A DNA stretch of 60,620 bases from an uncultured Spirochaetaceae bacterium (GCA_964457975.1 CAYWGU010000001.1:1-60620); one strand, 5' to 3'; positions 9,651 to 20,115 are shown, counted from the stretch's first letter. Notes: generated by a model not told the origin, from the sequence alone. Program-made: numbers and translations.

Positions 9651-11711
9651 TTAATTATCCCCATGTGTGATGGTCATTGTAAAATCAAGGGTTAAAGGAA
9701 GTTTATATTCCTTAGATACTCGATTTCTTATTTCATCATTTACTTGAACACCTTTTTCTTTTGCAACTTGCAATGATTTATATTCATTATAAAGATACAC
9801 AAAGGGATTATCTCCTTCACGTATGCACGATAGCTCTCTATTAAACAAGCAGTATTCAAGGATATCCAAATCACCATACTTTGCAGCAATAATAGCGGCA
9901 TCAAGGGCTATTGAATCAGATATTTCAATAATTGATCCGCTTTCAATTTCACCAAACTTTTCTTTAAGTAAAGCATCTATATTTGTGAGTAGTTCTTTTT
10001 CTTTTTCAAAAAGCTCCTCACTTCTTAATAGAGAAGAGTATTCACCACTGATTGCAAGAAATTCATTTAGCTTTGTGCATGTATTTAATGCTTGCAAATA
10101 ATATTTATCACATAATAATTGATCTTTCTTTCTAAAATATATTTGAGCTATGGCTCTATATATCAAACAATGCTCTGTAGCATTGCTTATAATATCAAGT
10201 AAGAGCTGTAGTGCTTCATCTTCTTTAAAGGACTCAATTAAAATCATTGCCCTTAGATAATTTGTATAAGGTGAATCAATTACATTTAAGGCATCATAAA
10301 AACCAATTGGAGGAAAAACATAATTATCAAAATGTGATAAATCATATTTGTAGGTCAAATCAATTATGGATTCAAATACTCTTTCATTTGGGTTTGTTTC
10401 AGAAAGTAGAAAGTCATATGAATTAGGTAATTCATATTTTAAGTTCTGTGCATTTAGCTTTGCAAAGGAGGATCCTTCATTGAGTATTTTAGTACATTTA
10501 ATGTTGCACTTTTTATCTAGCTTTTTACCTATCTCATCTATATCAAGGTTGTTCAATAATTCATCAATTGAGTCATGCATGCTATTATCTGCTAAATTAT
10601 AGTCACTGTTTTGTGTGAAGGTTGAATCAGTTATAATAGATCCAATTGCTTGAGTAAATGTTTTGGTTTCATTAGAAGCTATAAATTCTCCATGAAGTTG
10701 TGTTGCAGCCATTCCTGCTTGAGCTTCAAAGTAGTCATTTTCTTTATTTCCATTCAAGTACTGCTGCCATCTTTTTCCACCATTTTGAACACCCCAACAA
10801 AACATCTTTCTAGCATTCAATGAAGATGTAGAAAAATCAACGACACCAACTCCATCGGTTTCTATTGTAGCCTCATAAGGTACTTTGTTTTCCTTGCAGG
10901 TAAAGAAATATTCATTGCTAAAAGGGAAATTGGCAGGGTAGGATGCATCCATATTTTTAAAATCAGATATTGTTGGAAGTGTTATTTTCGAATAGGAATG
11001 TACTTGTTCATCTATGAAAGGATTTAGAAACAATGCATTTCTTGTTGAGGAAAATACCCTTGTGTGTTTTGTTTGCTTGAGAGCTATATTTACCCAAGTA
11101 TAAAAAGATTTGCTACAATCATCAAGATTTGTCACCTCTCCTTTTATATAAAGAAAGTGGGAGTTAGGTGGAAGATGAAAATCAATATGATAATATACTC
11201 CGTGCATTTTTTCATATTCACCAATCCTTAAAAATTCATCACCATCTTCATCAGCAACAGATGCCGCGAATACGTTATCCATTGTAAGAAGACTGTGGCC
11301 ATACTGGCCAACGTTGAATTCAATACCACCGCTGAACCAGGCATTTCTTGAGGCAAGGTTGCACGATTGAATGTGCTTTGAATCATACAATAACTCTCTA
11401 TCAAGTTCCTTGTCATAGAGAGATATTAAACGGCCACCTAGAGTTGGAAGAAAGGTAGCTTTAAGTATGTCATTTTCAAGGATGATGGAATCAAGCTCAT
11501 CTTCCGTGCAATTTCTACTATAATCATCTTGCATGTTATATGGATAAATTCTTCGACCACAGTTCTTGCCAAGATTTATCTTATAAATTGATGAAATATC
11601 TTCAGCTACATTTACACTAAAATCAGCTTCCTTATCTCTAAACCTTGGAAGAGGGTTGGAAGACAGTGGTAATGCTGCATTGCACTTGTACTTTGATTTA
11701 TAAAGACTCAT
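9651..11711 (-). CDS. Large DUF5107-like protein (N-terminal mutarotase-like beta-rich region plus C-terminal helical TPR-like repeats), function unknown
   Basis: The N-terminal pattern LKATFLPTLGGRLISLYDKELDRELLY...NAWFSGGIEFNVGQYGHS resembles the DUF5107 / aldose-epimerase-like family as I remember it. The C-terminal ~250 aa are helical repeats. The gene starts 14 nt after the kinase gene. Confidence 0.4.
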   Translation of the reverse strand: MSLYKSKYKCNAALPLSSNPLPRFRDKEADFSVNVAEDISSIYKINLGKNCGRRIYPYNMQDDYSRNCTEDELDSIILENDILKATFLPTLGGRLISLYDKELDRELLYDSKHIQSCNLASRNAWFSGGIEFNVGQYGHSLLTMDNVFAASVADEDGDEFLRIGEYEKMHGVYYHIDFHLPPNSHFLYIKGEVTNLDDCSKSFYTWVNIALKQTKHTRVFSSTRNALFLNPFIDEQVHSYSKITLPTISDFKNMDASYPANFPFSNEYFFTCKENKVPYEATIETDGVGVVDFSTSSLNARKMFCWGVQNGGKRWQQYLNGNKENDYFEAQAGMAATQLHGEFIASNETKTFTQAIGSIITDSTFTQNSDYNLADNSMHDSIDELLNNLDIDEIGKKLDKKCNIKCTKILNEGSSFAKLNAQNLKYELPNSYDFLLSETNPNERVFESIIDLTYKYDLSHFDNYVFPPIGFYDALNVIDSPYTNYLRAMILIESFKEDEALQLLLDIISNATEHCLIYRAIAQIYFRKKDQLLCDKYYLQALNTCTKLNEFLAISGEYSSLLRSEELFEKEKELLTNIDALLKEKFGEIESGSIIEISDSIALDAAIIAAKYGDLDILEYCLFNRELSCIREGDNPFVYLYNEYKSLQVAKEKGVQVNDEIRNRVSKEYKLPLTLDFTMTITHGDN

Positions 11712-11725
11712 TTTTATCTACCTTT

Positions 11726-12811
11726 CTATAATGATTTGATTATTTGATTTAATTCATCAGATTTTTTATCAAAATCCTTCATAAAAGCAATTTGAGTTCT
11801 GCATCTATCCGCATTATGATTGTCTCTAGCAATGGAATAGTAAACATCACCTGAAATATAGTCAGTTAAAAATCGAACTGCCATTATCTGAGTAATGTTT
11901 CGTCCAGATTCAACTATAAGTTGCTTTTCTCTCTTTGTAAGATAACCAGATGCAATACTTAAATAACCTTCAAGTAGGGATTTAAAATAGTCTACATTTA
12001 CTCGCATGTTTTGATAGTTTACATCATCTTCTTCAATGGTTGAGGTAGCAGTTCTTATCATATCACCTGTGTCAAAAAGAATTGTTCCAGGCATTACAGT
12101 ATCAAGATCTATTACACACAAAGCCTCAGTTCCATCACTTTTAAACAGTACATTGTTTATCTTTGTATCATTGTGAGTAACTCGTAAAGGCAGTATATTG
12201 CTCTTAAATTCATCTATTATGAGATAACCACGTTCTTCATTAGATAGTAGATAATCTATTTCGTCTTTAACCAAATTTACACGATTTAATTTATCTTCAA
12301 TAATTGCTTCTTTAAAGCTAGCATATCGCATCCTCATATCATGAAAATTAGGAATGGTATCATAAAGGAATGAACAATCAAAATCAGATAGTTGATTTTG
12401 GAATGTTGAAATTGCTTGACCTAAGTGAAAAGCAGTATCACAGCTATCTACCTTCTGGTAGGTTCTAACATAATCAATGAATTTATAAGTTCTAAAGTAA
12501 TCACCATTTTCATCTATAAAATAGGGCTTGTTATCTTTTGTAAGAACAACTTCCAAGCATCGTTTATCTTTATCATCCAATCCTTTTATTTTAGATTGAA
12601 TATGGTTTGTAATTTTAGTAATATTTTCCATTACATAATCAGGCTTTTTAAAAGCAAATTGATTTATCTTTTGATGTGTGTATTTTTTGATAATTCCATC
12701 ATCATTGAAGGTAGACATAAATGTAGTATTTATGTGACCTTCTTTGTTTTGTTTTATACTTATCAAATCGCCTTTGATTTGAAATTTACTTATTAGTTTT
12801 TCGGTATCCAT
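11726..12811 (-). CDS. NahK/LnpB-like anomeric sugar 1-kinase (APH-fold phosphotransferase)
   Basis: It is collinear with Bifidobacterium N-acetylhexosamine 1-kinase at the motifs GHINTTF, YKFIDY, NFHDMR, PLRVTHNDTKINNVLF, IDLDTVMPG and LFDTGD. Confidence 0.7.
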   Translation of the reverse strand: MDTEKLISKFQIKGDLISIKQNKEGHINTTFMSTFNDDGIIKKYTHQKINQFAFKKPDYVMENITKITNHIQSKIKGLDDKDKRCLEVVLTKDNKPYFIDENGDYFRTYKFIDYVRTYQKVDSCDTAFHLGQAISTFQNQLSDFDCSFLYDTIPNFHDMRMRYASFKEAIIEDKLNRVNLVKDEIDYLLSNEERGYLIIDEFKSNILPLRVTHNDTKINNVLFKSDGTEALCVIDLDTVMPGTILFDTGDMIRTATSTIEEDDVNYQNMRVNVDYFKSLLEGYLSIASGYLTKREKQLIVESGRNITQIMAVRFLTDYISGDVYYSIARDNHNADRCRTQIAFMKDFDKKSDELNQIIKSL

Positions 12812-12902
12812 TAGATTTCCTTTTATTTTATAATATTAAAATGATAAAAGGACTTAAGTGGAAAGTAGTTAGAAAAAAAGATAAAAAATGTATACAAAAA
12901 CA

Positions 12903-13799
12903 TCACTGCCTATAAGAATCAATAGATCTTGAGTACTCACTTGCACTCATTCCAACAATTTTTTTAAACTGGCGGGAAAAGTAGTGAATGGTGGAGTATC
13001 CAAGTTTTTCTGCAATTTCAGAGAAATTCATTTCACCTGATTTTATAAGTAGCTTAGCTCTTTCAATCTTAAGTCGATAATAATACTCCATAACAGACCA
13101 ACCGATTTGTTCTTTAAAGATACGCTGTATTAAAGATTTCCCCATCATGCAATCGCTGCATATCATATCTAGGTTTAAATTGTTTTCAACATTTTCCTGC
13201 AAATACGATATGATGTTATCAACACGGTTTTTGTTTTCCTTAATGTGAATTGAGGAATAATAGTTAACATGTGCACCAGATCCTTGTCTAATTAAATAAA
13301 TTAGAAAGGTTTGAAGAGCACTTTTTATAAGAGCAAGTGATAATTCATCACAAGATTCAGCTAAAACCATGGCCTTAAAATATGGATCAGCTAGATCTGT
13401 AGAAAAAGCAGATTTAGCTTCATCTATCATGGTACTTAGCATGTTCTTAGCTCGGTTGCAGACGTTAATAACCTTATCTTTAAAGTAATCCAACTGCTTA
13501 TCATTTGATACAAATGAAATTACAACAAGATTTGGAGATATTGTTCCATTGCATACCACTGTATGAAATTCATTTGGTTTATGAAATATAATCTGTCCTT
13601 GTTTGAGTATCTTCTCTTCATTATTAGACGAAACAGATACCTCTCCTCTGTCTACATAGAGAAATTCCCAGAAGTCATGTTTTTCGCCCTCAAAGGTAAA
13701 TGTTTTTGGGTATTCAAAATAATGAATTGTAACTATTGCATCAATTTTTAATATTGATGGAAGGGGTATTGGAGTAAATCCAGAAATTTTCTTTTCCAT
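12903..13799 (-). CDS. AraC-family transcriptional regulator (cupin sensor + HTH)
   Basis: The C-terminus has an AraC-type double HTH (...IAEKLGYSTIHYFSRQFKKIVGMSASEY). The N-terminus is a cupin-like domain. The start was moved to the ATG at 13799 (MEKKISGF). Confidence 0.8.
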   Translation of the reverse strand: MEKKISGFTPIPLPSILKIDAIVTIHYFEYPKTFTFEGEKHDFWEFLYVDRGEVSVSSNNEEKILKQGQIIFHKPNEFHTVVCNGTISPNLVVISFVSNDKQLDYFKDKVINVCNRAKNMLSTMIDEAKSAFSTDLADPYFKAMVLAESCDELSLALIKSALQTFLIYLIRQGSGAHVNYYSSIHIKENKNRVDNIISYLQENVENNLNLDMICSDCMMGKSLIQRIFKEQIGWSVMEYYYRLKIERAKLLIKSGEMNFSEIAEKLGYSTIHYFSRQFKKIVGMSASEYSRSIDSYRQ

Positions 13800-13952
13800 A
13801 AATTTAATATACCCCAAATAATTGCATAATGCACCAAATATTTTTATACATATGTTTTTGTGCAAACAAAATGGAGTTTTGTATAAATACAAATGGAAGT
13901 GCCGGAATAGATAATAATATTATAATTAATTTTTACTTGGAGGTAAATTTTT

Positions 13953-15209
13953 ATGAAGAAAATGAAAGTTGCATTATTATTAATTGCTTGTGCTATCCTT
14001 ACTTTACCCGTTTTTGCTCAAGGCGGAGGCGAAAAACAGGATGATTCAAAGAAAGTTGTATATTGGACAATGTGGAATGAAGCAGAACCTCAAGGTCTTA
14101 CAATAGCGAATGCTGTTGAAGCTTTTACAGATGAAACAGGAATCGATGTTGAAGTTGTTTTTAATGGTCGTGAAATAAGAAAGACCCTTCAACCAGCACT
14201 TGATGCAGGTGAGCATATTGATATTTTTGATGAAGATATTGAAAGAGTTGGTAATACTTGGGGTAATTATTTATTAAACCTAGAACCTTATGTAGCAAAA
14301 ACATATCCAACAACCAATGGTAAATCTTATGAATCACAAATTAGCCAAACTCTTGTTAAACTGGTAAGAGAAATTGGAAACGGCGAGATTCATGAAATTC
14401 CTTATCAACCATCAATGTTTGTTGTTTTGTATAACAAAACATTATTTGATAAGGCTGGAATTAAAAATAGTCCTACAAACTTAGCTGAATTTGAAGATGC
14501 TTTTGCAAAGTTAAAAGCTATTGGTGTTGCAGGTATCACAGTTGATGATGCTTATATGGCAGCATTCTTTGGTTACAACATGTCAAGAATAATTGGTATG
14601 GATGCAACTTTAAAGATGGTAGAAGACAATGATTTCTCAAATCCTGGCGTACTAAAATTTGCTGAGATGTGGAGTGATTTTGCTAAGAAGGGTTATATCA
14701 GTAGAAAAGCTGCATCAAACATCTATCCTGCAGGACAGGTAGAAGAGATGGCAACAGGTTCTGCTGCAATGTATTTAAATGGTACATGGTTACCTAATGA
14801 AATCAAGGGCAATGCACCTGATATGAAGTGGGGAGCATTTGCATACCCTAACTTAGATCCAGCAGGCGATGATATTACTTATAATAACTATGGTGCACAA
14901 TGTTTTGGTATCAACAAGAATACAGTTGTAGCTGATGAAGCATTCCAACTTATTGTTTATTTAACAACTGGCGAATGGGATGAAAAATTAGCAGCAAATT
15001 CACTTGGTGTTCCAATGGCAAATAATACAAAATGGCCTGTTCAATTACAAGAAGCAAAGAAAGTATTGGACAATACAAAAGTACGTATGCCTTGGGGTGT
15101 TGGAATGGAATCAAATCCTGAAATTAACGTTAAGATTAAAGAAAATTTAGCTAAATTAATAACAGGTTCTCTCACTCCTCAAGAATTCTATGAAAAAATG
15201 AGTAAATAA
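13953..15209 (+). CDS. Extracellular solute-binding protein, CUT1 sugar ABC transporter
   Basis: It has a signal peptide (MKKMKVALLLIACAILTLPVFAQG) and family-1 SBP length and composition. The RBS is GGAGG. It is divergent from the AraC gene. Confidence 0.8.
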   Translation: MKKMKVALLLIACAILTLPVFAQGGGEKQDDSKKVVYWTMWNEAEPQGLTIANAVEAFTDETGIDVEVVFNGREIRKTLQPALDAGEHIDIFDEDIERVGNTWGNYLLNLEPYVAKTYPTTNGKSYESQISQTLVKLVREIGNGEIHEIPYQPSMFVVLYNKTLFDKAGIKNSPTNLAEFEDAFAKLKAIGVAGITVDDAYMAAFFGYNMSRIIGMDATLKMVEDNDFSNPGVLKFAEMWSDFAKKGYISRKAASNIYPAGQVEEMATGSAAMYLNGTWLPNEIKGNAPDMKWGAFAYPNLDPAGDDITYNNYGAQCFGINKNTVVADEAFQLIVYLTTGEWDEKLAANSLGVPMANNTKWPVQLQEAKKVLDNTKVRMPWGVGMESNPEINVKIKENLAKLITGSLTPQEFYEKMSK

Positions 15210-15274
15210 TAAGATTTAATATTGGTTCCATTTAATAAATGGAACCAGTATATATAAAAAAAGGGGAATCTTAT

Positions 15275-16183
15275 ATGAAAAAAAACAAGACAATGATAAT
15301 TGTTTTCTTAACTCCAGCTCTATTGTGCTATTTGTTGGTATTTCTTTATCCATCATTTAGAACAATAATAATGAGTTTTTTCAATGTTGAAGGGGTTACT
15401 GATCCAATTTCAACATGGAGTTTTGCAGGACTAAAGAATTATCGCACAATTATTAGTACTCCATTATTCATTAGGTCAATGACCAATATTGGAACATTGT
15501 GGTTGGTGGGTGGAACATTAGTAATGGTGGTTTCTCTATTTTTTGCAGTATCACTTACATCCGGTATAAAGCAGATGAAATTTTATAGATCAGTTATCTA
15601 TTTGCCAAATGTAGTATCTGCTGTAGCAATGGGTACCATGTGGATTAACTATGTTTATAATTCTGATTATGGACTGCTTCATAATGTATTCAAAACATTG
15701 CACTTAAATGCTGCCGCTGAAACCTTGTGGACAGGTCCAGATCATCTATTCTGGTCCATGATGGTTGCATATTGCTTTGGAATGGTAGGATATCATATGT
15801 TGATATTTGTCAGTGGTATTGATCAAATACCTAAGGATTACCACGAAGCAGCTATGATAGAAGGTGCTAATACTGCTCAACGATTTAGACATATTACCTT
15901 ACCATTTTTAAAAGGAAGCATAAGAACCAATATCGTTATGTGGACAGTATTTACTGTTGGCTTCTTTATTTGGGGACAATTATTCAGTCCAGTTAATTTA
16001 TCAAACTCAACAGTAGCTCCTTTGAACTACATGTATGAATTGGTATTTGGATCTTCTTCAACAGCTGTTACTGTTAGAGATTCTGGTGCTGGTGCTGCAA
16101 TTGGTGTAACCATGATGATGATTGTTCTAATCGTATTTGGTGTGACTAATTTACTCACCAAAGACGATGATATTGAATTTTAG
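15275..16183 (+). CDS. Sugar ABC transporter permease (MalF/UgpA-like)
   Basis: It is a 6-TM BPD-type permease with an EAA-like loop (EAAMIEGANTAQRFRHITLP). The start was moved to the ATG at 15275, after GGGGAA. Confidence 0.8.
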   Translation: MKKNKTMIIVFLTPALLCYLLVFLYPSFRTIIMSFFNVEGVTDPISTWSFAGLKNYRTIISTPLFIRSMTNIGTLWLVGGTLVMVVSLFFAVSLTSGIKQMKFYRSVIYLPNVVSAVAMGTMWINYVYNSDYGLLHNVFKTLHLNAAAETLWTGPDHLFWSMMVAYCFGMVGYHMLIFVSGIDQIPKDYHEAAMIEGANTAQRFRHITLPFLKGSIRTNIVMWTVFTVGFFIWGQLFSPVNLSNSTVAPLNYMYELVFGSSSTAVTVRDSGAGAAIGVTMMMIVLIVFGVTNLLTKDDDIEF

Positions 16184-16194
16184 GAGAAGCTGGT

Positions 16195-17058
16195 ATGAAA
16201 AAATTTGAAAAGCTAACATTGGAAAAAAAGACACAGATAAAGTTAATACCATCCTATTTAATATTGAGTTTATGGATAATTTTTACTGTAGTAATTATAG
16301 GATGGGTGGTATTTGCTTCATTATCAACTTCAAGTGAGATATTTAGTGATCACATGTTTAAATTTGAAACTGGATTTCATTTTCATAACTATGTAAAAGC
16401 CTGGAATACTCAAAAGGTCTCAGTATTCTTTTTGAATTCACTTATGTATACATCGATAAGTATAGTTGCAATTATATTGATTGCATCTCCAGCAGCATAT
16501 GTATTATCTAGATTTAAGTTTAAAGGTAACACTCTTGCACAGAATATGTTTGCATCTGCATTAGGAATTCCTGCAATAATGATAATAATGCCTTTGTTCA
16601 GTGTTGTAAGCCAATTAAAGTTAACAAATAATAGATGGATGTTGATTTTCTTGTATATTTCAATGAATGTTCCATTCACAATATTTTATTTGCTTGCTTT
16701 CTTTAAAACCTTATCTACAACATATGAAGAAGCTGCCTACATTGATGGATGCTCTCCAATGATGACCTATTGGAGAATAATGTTTCCATTGGTACAACCT
16801 GGTATTGTAACAGTTACAATATTTAACTTCATTACAATATGGAATGAATATTTCATGTCATTGATCTTTGCAAGTAAAACAAAGGTAAGACCTGTTGCTG
16901 TTGGATTGTACAATATGATTCAATCAATGAGATACACAGGGGACTGGGGTGGAATGTTTGCCTCTGTTATAATTGTGTTCTTCCCAACCTTTCTTCTTTA
17001 TCTGTTCTTATCAGATCGTATTATACAGAGTGTTACAGCTGGTGCTATAAAGGGCTAG
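16195..17058 (+). CDS. Sugar ABC transporter permease (MalG/UgpE-like)
   Basis: It is a 6-TM permease with the EAA loop EEAAYIDGCSPMMTYWRIMFP. Confidence 0.8.
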   Translation: MKKFEKLTLEKKTQIKLIPSYLILSLWIIFTVVIIGWVVFASLSTSSEIFSDHMFKFETGFHFHNYVKAWNTQKVSVFFLNSLMYTSISIVAIILIASPAAYVLSRFKFKGNTLAQNMFASALGIPAIMIIMPLFSVVSQLKLTNNRWMLIFLYISMNVPFTIFYLLAFFKTLSTTYEEAAYIDGCSPMMTYWRIMFPLVQPGIVTVTIFNFITIWNEYFMSLIFASKTKVRPVAVGLYNMIQSMRYTGDWGGMFASVIIVFFPTFLLYLFLSDRIIQSVTAGAIKG

Positions 17059-17117
17059 GATTTAATTAAAATTAATTAATTAACGAACAATTATGTAATT
17101 AAGAATATAGATAAAGT

Positions 17118-17158
17118 AAAGCTCTCCATGAATTAACATGTGAGAGCTTTGCTTTTTA
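17118..17158 (+). terminator. Rho-independent terminator of the ABC operon
   Basis: A 9-bp stem AAAGCTCTC/GAGAGCTTT is followed by GCTTTTT. Confidence 0.7.
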
Positions 17159-17212
17159 TAACCAATTTACAAATGAATTTTACTTATTGGGTTAGAAATA
17201 CTTCCAAATCCA

Positions 17213-17434
17213 TTGGGAAGTTCCTTGCAGGCCTCATATAATATCTTAGCAAAGTTTTTTAAAACTGTTAATTATTTAGATAGGGAATATATAGAACTAG
17301 ATGATCTTACAAAAGATCCTTTGAAAATCAACAACTTATGGGATAATGAAGATTATAGAATGATTATAAACAAACTTTATAAGTTCATTGAAAGATGTAA
17401 TGTACCCTGGAATATTGGTACACCTGAAATTTAA
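17213..17434 (+). CDS. Hypothetical small protein (73 aa, TTG start)
   Basis: The support is only the ORF itself and a downstream hairpin at about 17475-17505. There is no recognisable motif and the start context is weak. Confidence 0.2.
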   Translation: MGSSLQASYNILAKFFKTVNYLDREYIELDDLTKDPLKINNLWDNEDYRMIINKLYKFIERCNVPWNIGTPEI

Positions 17435-17629
17435 AGCATTAAAATTCTACCATTTATGAATCATCTTAAACAATCTTTGTTTGAGATGCTTTAATATTTA
17501 AGGTTCAATTTACTACCATCAAGAGTATCTAAAAATAAATCCTCATGACAAATTTATAAAAAAAGTTATTATATATAATTTATTATGGTATAATGTTTTT
17601 TATGAACCTTTAGATTAGGAGAGATAACA

Positions 17630-18592
17630 GTGAATAAACATTATAATAAGATTGTTTTCCAGGGTGAAAAGAGTTCCACCAATAAAAGATATTTTGAAGG
17701 TTGGTATTATAAACAGGTTAAGCAAGATTCAAATTATACAATTAGTTTTATTCCAGGAATTAGTTACAATAAAATAGATCCTCATTGCTTTATACAATGC
17801 ATTATTTGCAATGAAAATAACAAATTATCATCTCACTATTTTAAATATGATTTGTCTGCTTTTTCTCATCAAAATTCTCCTTTTTCTGTGCAGATAAATA
17901 ACTCCACATTTAATGAAAAAAGCATAAATATTAATCTTGAAAATTCTGAAATTAAAGTTAAAGGTGAACTTTATTTTGAAAATCTAGAACCTTTAGAGGC
18001 ATCTCCATTGAATCCTAATATAATGGGAATATTTAGTTATATTCCTAAAATGGAATGCAACCATCATATAATTAGCATGAATCATAAGGTATTAGGTAGC
18101 TTGATTATAAATGACAAAACCATTGATTTAACTGATGGATTTGGCTATATGGAAAAGGATTGGGGAAAATCTTTTCCAAGTGAATATATATGGTTGCAGT
18201 GCAATAATTTTGAAAATCCAGACGTAAAAATTGCCTTATCAGCTGCTAACATTCCTTTTCTAGGTCTATCCTTTAGAGGATTCTTTTGTTCTTTATTTGT
18301 TAAGGATAAAGAATATAGATTTGCTACATATAATGGATCAAAACTTAAAGTTAATTCCGCTAAAGATGGTAAGACAAGCATCACTCTAATTAAGGGTAAT
18401 CTTAAATTACATATTCTAGGAAGTGTTGATGAAGTTCAATCTCTTGCATCTCCAAAAAATGGAGTTATGAATAATTCTATAAAAGAGGGATTAGCTGGAA
18501 AAGTTTCAATTTTATTAAAAGATAGTGCAACTAACTATGAATTAAATACAGATGGTACCAATGCAGGCATTGAAATTATGATGGATGTTTAA
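17630..18592 (+). CDS. Tocopherol-cyclase-like protein (Pfam Tocopherol_cycl family), bacterial function unknown
   Basis: YFEGWYYKQV matches the FFEGWYFR signature. GYMEKDWGKSFPSEYIWLQCNNF matches the EK.WG..FP..W.W.Q motif. It starts at GTG after AGGAGAG. Confidence 0.6.
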   Translation: MNKHYNKIVFQGEKSSTNKRYFEGWYYKQVKQDSNYTISFIPGISYNKIDPHCFIQCIICNENNKLSSHYFKYDLSAFSHQNSPFSVQINNSTFNEKSININLENSEIKVKGELYFENLEPLEASPLNPNIMGIFSYIPKMECNHHIISMNHKVLGSLIINDKTIDLTDGFGYMEKDWGKSFPSEYIWLQCNNFENPDVKIALSAANIPFLGLSFRGFFCSLFVKDKEYRFATYNGSKLKVNSAKDGKTSITLIKGNLKLHILGSVDEVQSLASPKNGVMNNSIKEGLAGKVSILLKDSATNYELNTDGTNAGIEIMMDV

Positions 18593-18804
18593 TAGTAGTA
18601 TTCAATAATCAAAGACCTGTTACAGGATATTTATCTAAATTAAATTGTTATCTTACATAATTTTAAATGTTTTATAGAGGACCTATTCTCTAACTTTTAT
18701 AACTTGTTAACAAATAAATATTCATAAGAATGTCTCTTGCTTTTTATATTGATTCGTTCATACAATTAATATAATAAATTATAAATATAATTGCAGGAGC
18801 TAAT

Positions 18805-19962
18805 ATGAACGATAAAACATGGGTTGTAATACCCACATATTGGGGACAAAACGGAACTCAAGAGCATCCATCTGATACTGGAGTATTTGATCATCCAACC
18901 GAGGTTGATGGTCATGAAACGCTAGAGAGAACAGTTAAGAATATAGTATCTTTTCAAGATGATTTTAAAGTTTTAATTCTACTTGCTGTAACTCATAAGG
19001 AGTACAAAAAATCAGCAAAGGTAAGAGTTGAAAAAATACTTACTAAATACAAAGATCAAAAGGAAATCTATCTAGTTTGTAATGATGATCTTGATGAGTT
19101 TAATGAAAAATTTGAAAGATCTCCCCTAAATTTCAGAACCTATGGTGCTATAAGAAATGTTCAATTGGCAATTCCGTACATGATGGGTGCAGATATTGTG
19201 ATAGCTATTGATGATGATGAAATCATCTCTGATAAACAGTATTTTAACTATGTTTCACAGATAATGGAAAATGATAATATTGATCTCCTAAGTGGAGTTT
19301 ACTTAAATGAAAAAGAAAGTTATCTACTACCAAAGATAAATAGCACTGATGCCAATCCTTTTATTCAAAAGCTTAATTTAATAAATGCAGTTGTAACAAA
19401 CGCCATGAGCAATCCAATCCAGCCTCATAGAACCCATATCGGATTTGGTGGGAACATGATTTTTTCTAGAAAAATTATGGAGAATGTTTGCTTTGATGAA
19501 TACATACCTCGTGGTGAAGATTTTGATTATATCTTGAATGCTCTTGCAGCAGATTATTCAGTGTATTTTGATAAAAATATTCCAATAACTCATCTTCCTG
19601 TAAGCAAACCCTCAAAACCAGGGGAGATAAAGGTTACAAGTGATATTAAGCGTCATATTTATACCTATTACAAAAAACAATCATTGCAAATGAATGTAAA
19701 GCAAGATATCTATCCTGGAGATTTTCTTAAAGATATTGAGGACCTCAAGAAGTATTCAATAATTGCATATAAAGAAGAAAGTAAAAAATCTCTTCAAGAA
19801 TCAACTTATGAGGTAAATAAAATAATAGAAGAAGTTCTTGAAAATAAAGATATTTACACTAAACAAAAGTTAAGTTGGAAGGAGTTTATTGAAATATTTC
19901 AGAAAAACCAATTATTACTCAATTTTTCAATTAAATGGGCCAAGTGTATAAAATTAACTTAA
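18805..19962 (+). CDS. GT-A-fold glycosyltransferase-like protein
   Basis: It has WVVIPTY at the N-terminus, a DxD-type motif (AIDDDE) and a later RGEDFDY motif typical of GT2-like folds. The RBS is AGGAG. Confidence 0.5.
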   Translation: MNDKTWVVIPTYWGQNGTQEHPSDTGVFDHPTEVDGHETLERTVKNIVSFQDDFKVLILLAVTHKEYKKSAKVRVEKILTKYKDQKEIYLVCNDDLDEFNEKFERSPLNFRTYGAIRNVQLAIPYMMGADIVIAIDDDEIISDKQYFNYVSQIMENDNIDLLSGVYLNEKESYLLPKINSTDANPFIQKLNLINAVVTNAMSNPIQPHRTHIGFGGNMIFSRKIMENVCFDEYIPRGEDFDYILNALAADYSVYFDKNIPITHLPVSKPSKPGEIKVTSDIKRHIYTYYKKQSLQMNVKQDIYPGDFLKDIEDLKKYSIIAYKEESKKSLQESTYEVNKIIEEVLENKDIYTKQKLSWKEFIEIFQKNQLLLNFSIKWAKCIKLT

Positions 19963-20081
19963 TGCTTATTCTATAAGTATTTACTTAGAGTTAGGCATGT
20001 TTTTTTTCCTTATTCCTGAAATATTTCATAGACATCATATCTTTATTTCAGTAATTTTGCAAAAATATTTCATCTTTTTTG

Positions 20082-20109
20082 TTGACAAATCAGAATAATG
20101 CTTTAGAAT
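20082..20109 (+). promoter_or_regulatory. Putative promoter giving a leaderless or near-leaderless lacI-family transcript
   Basis: TTGACA (20082-20087), 16 nt, TAGAAT (20104-20109). The ATG at 20116 lies only 6 nt after the -10 box and has no RBS. Confidence 0.35.
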
Positions 20110-20115
20110 ATAGTC

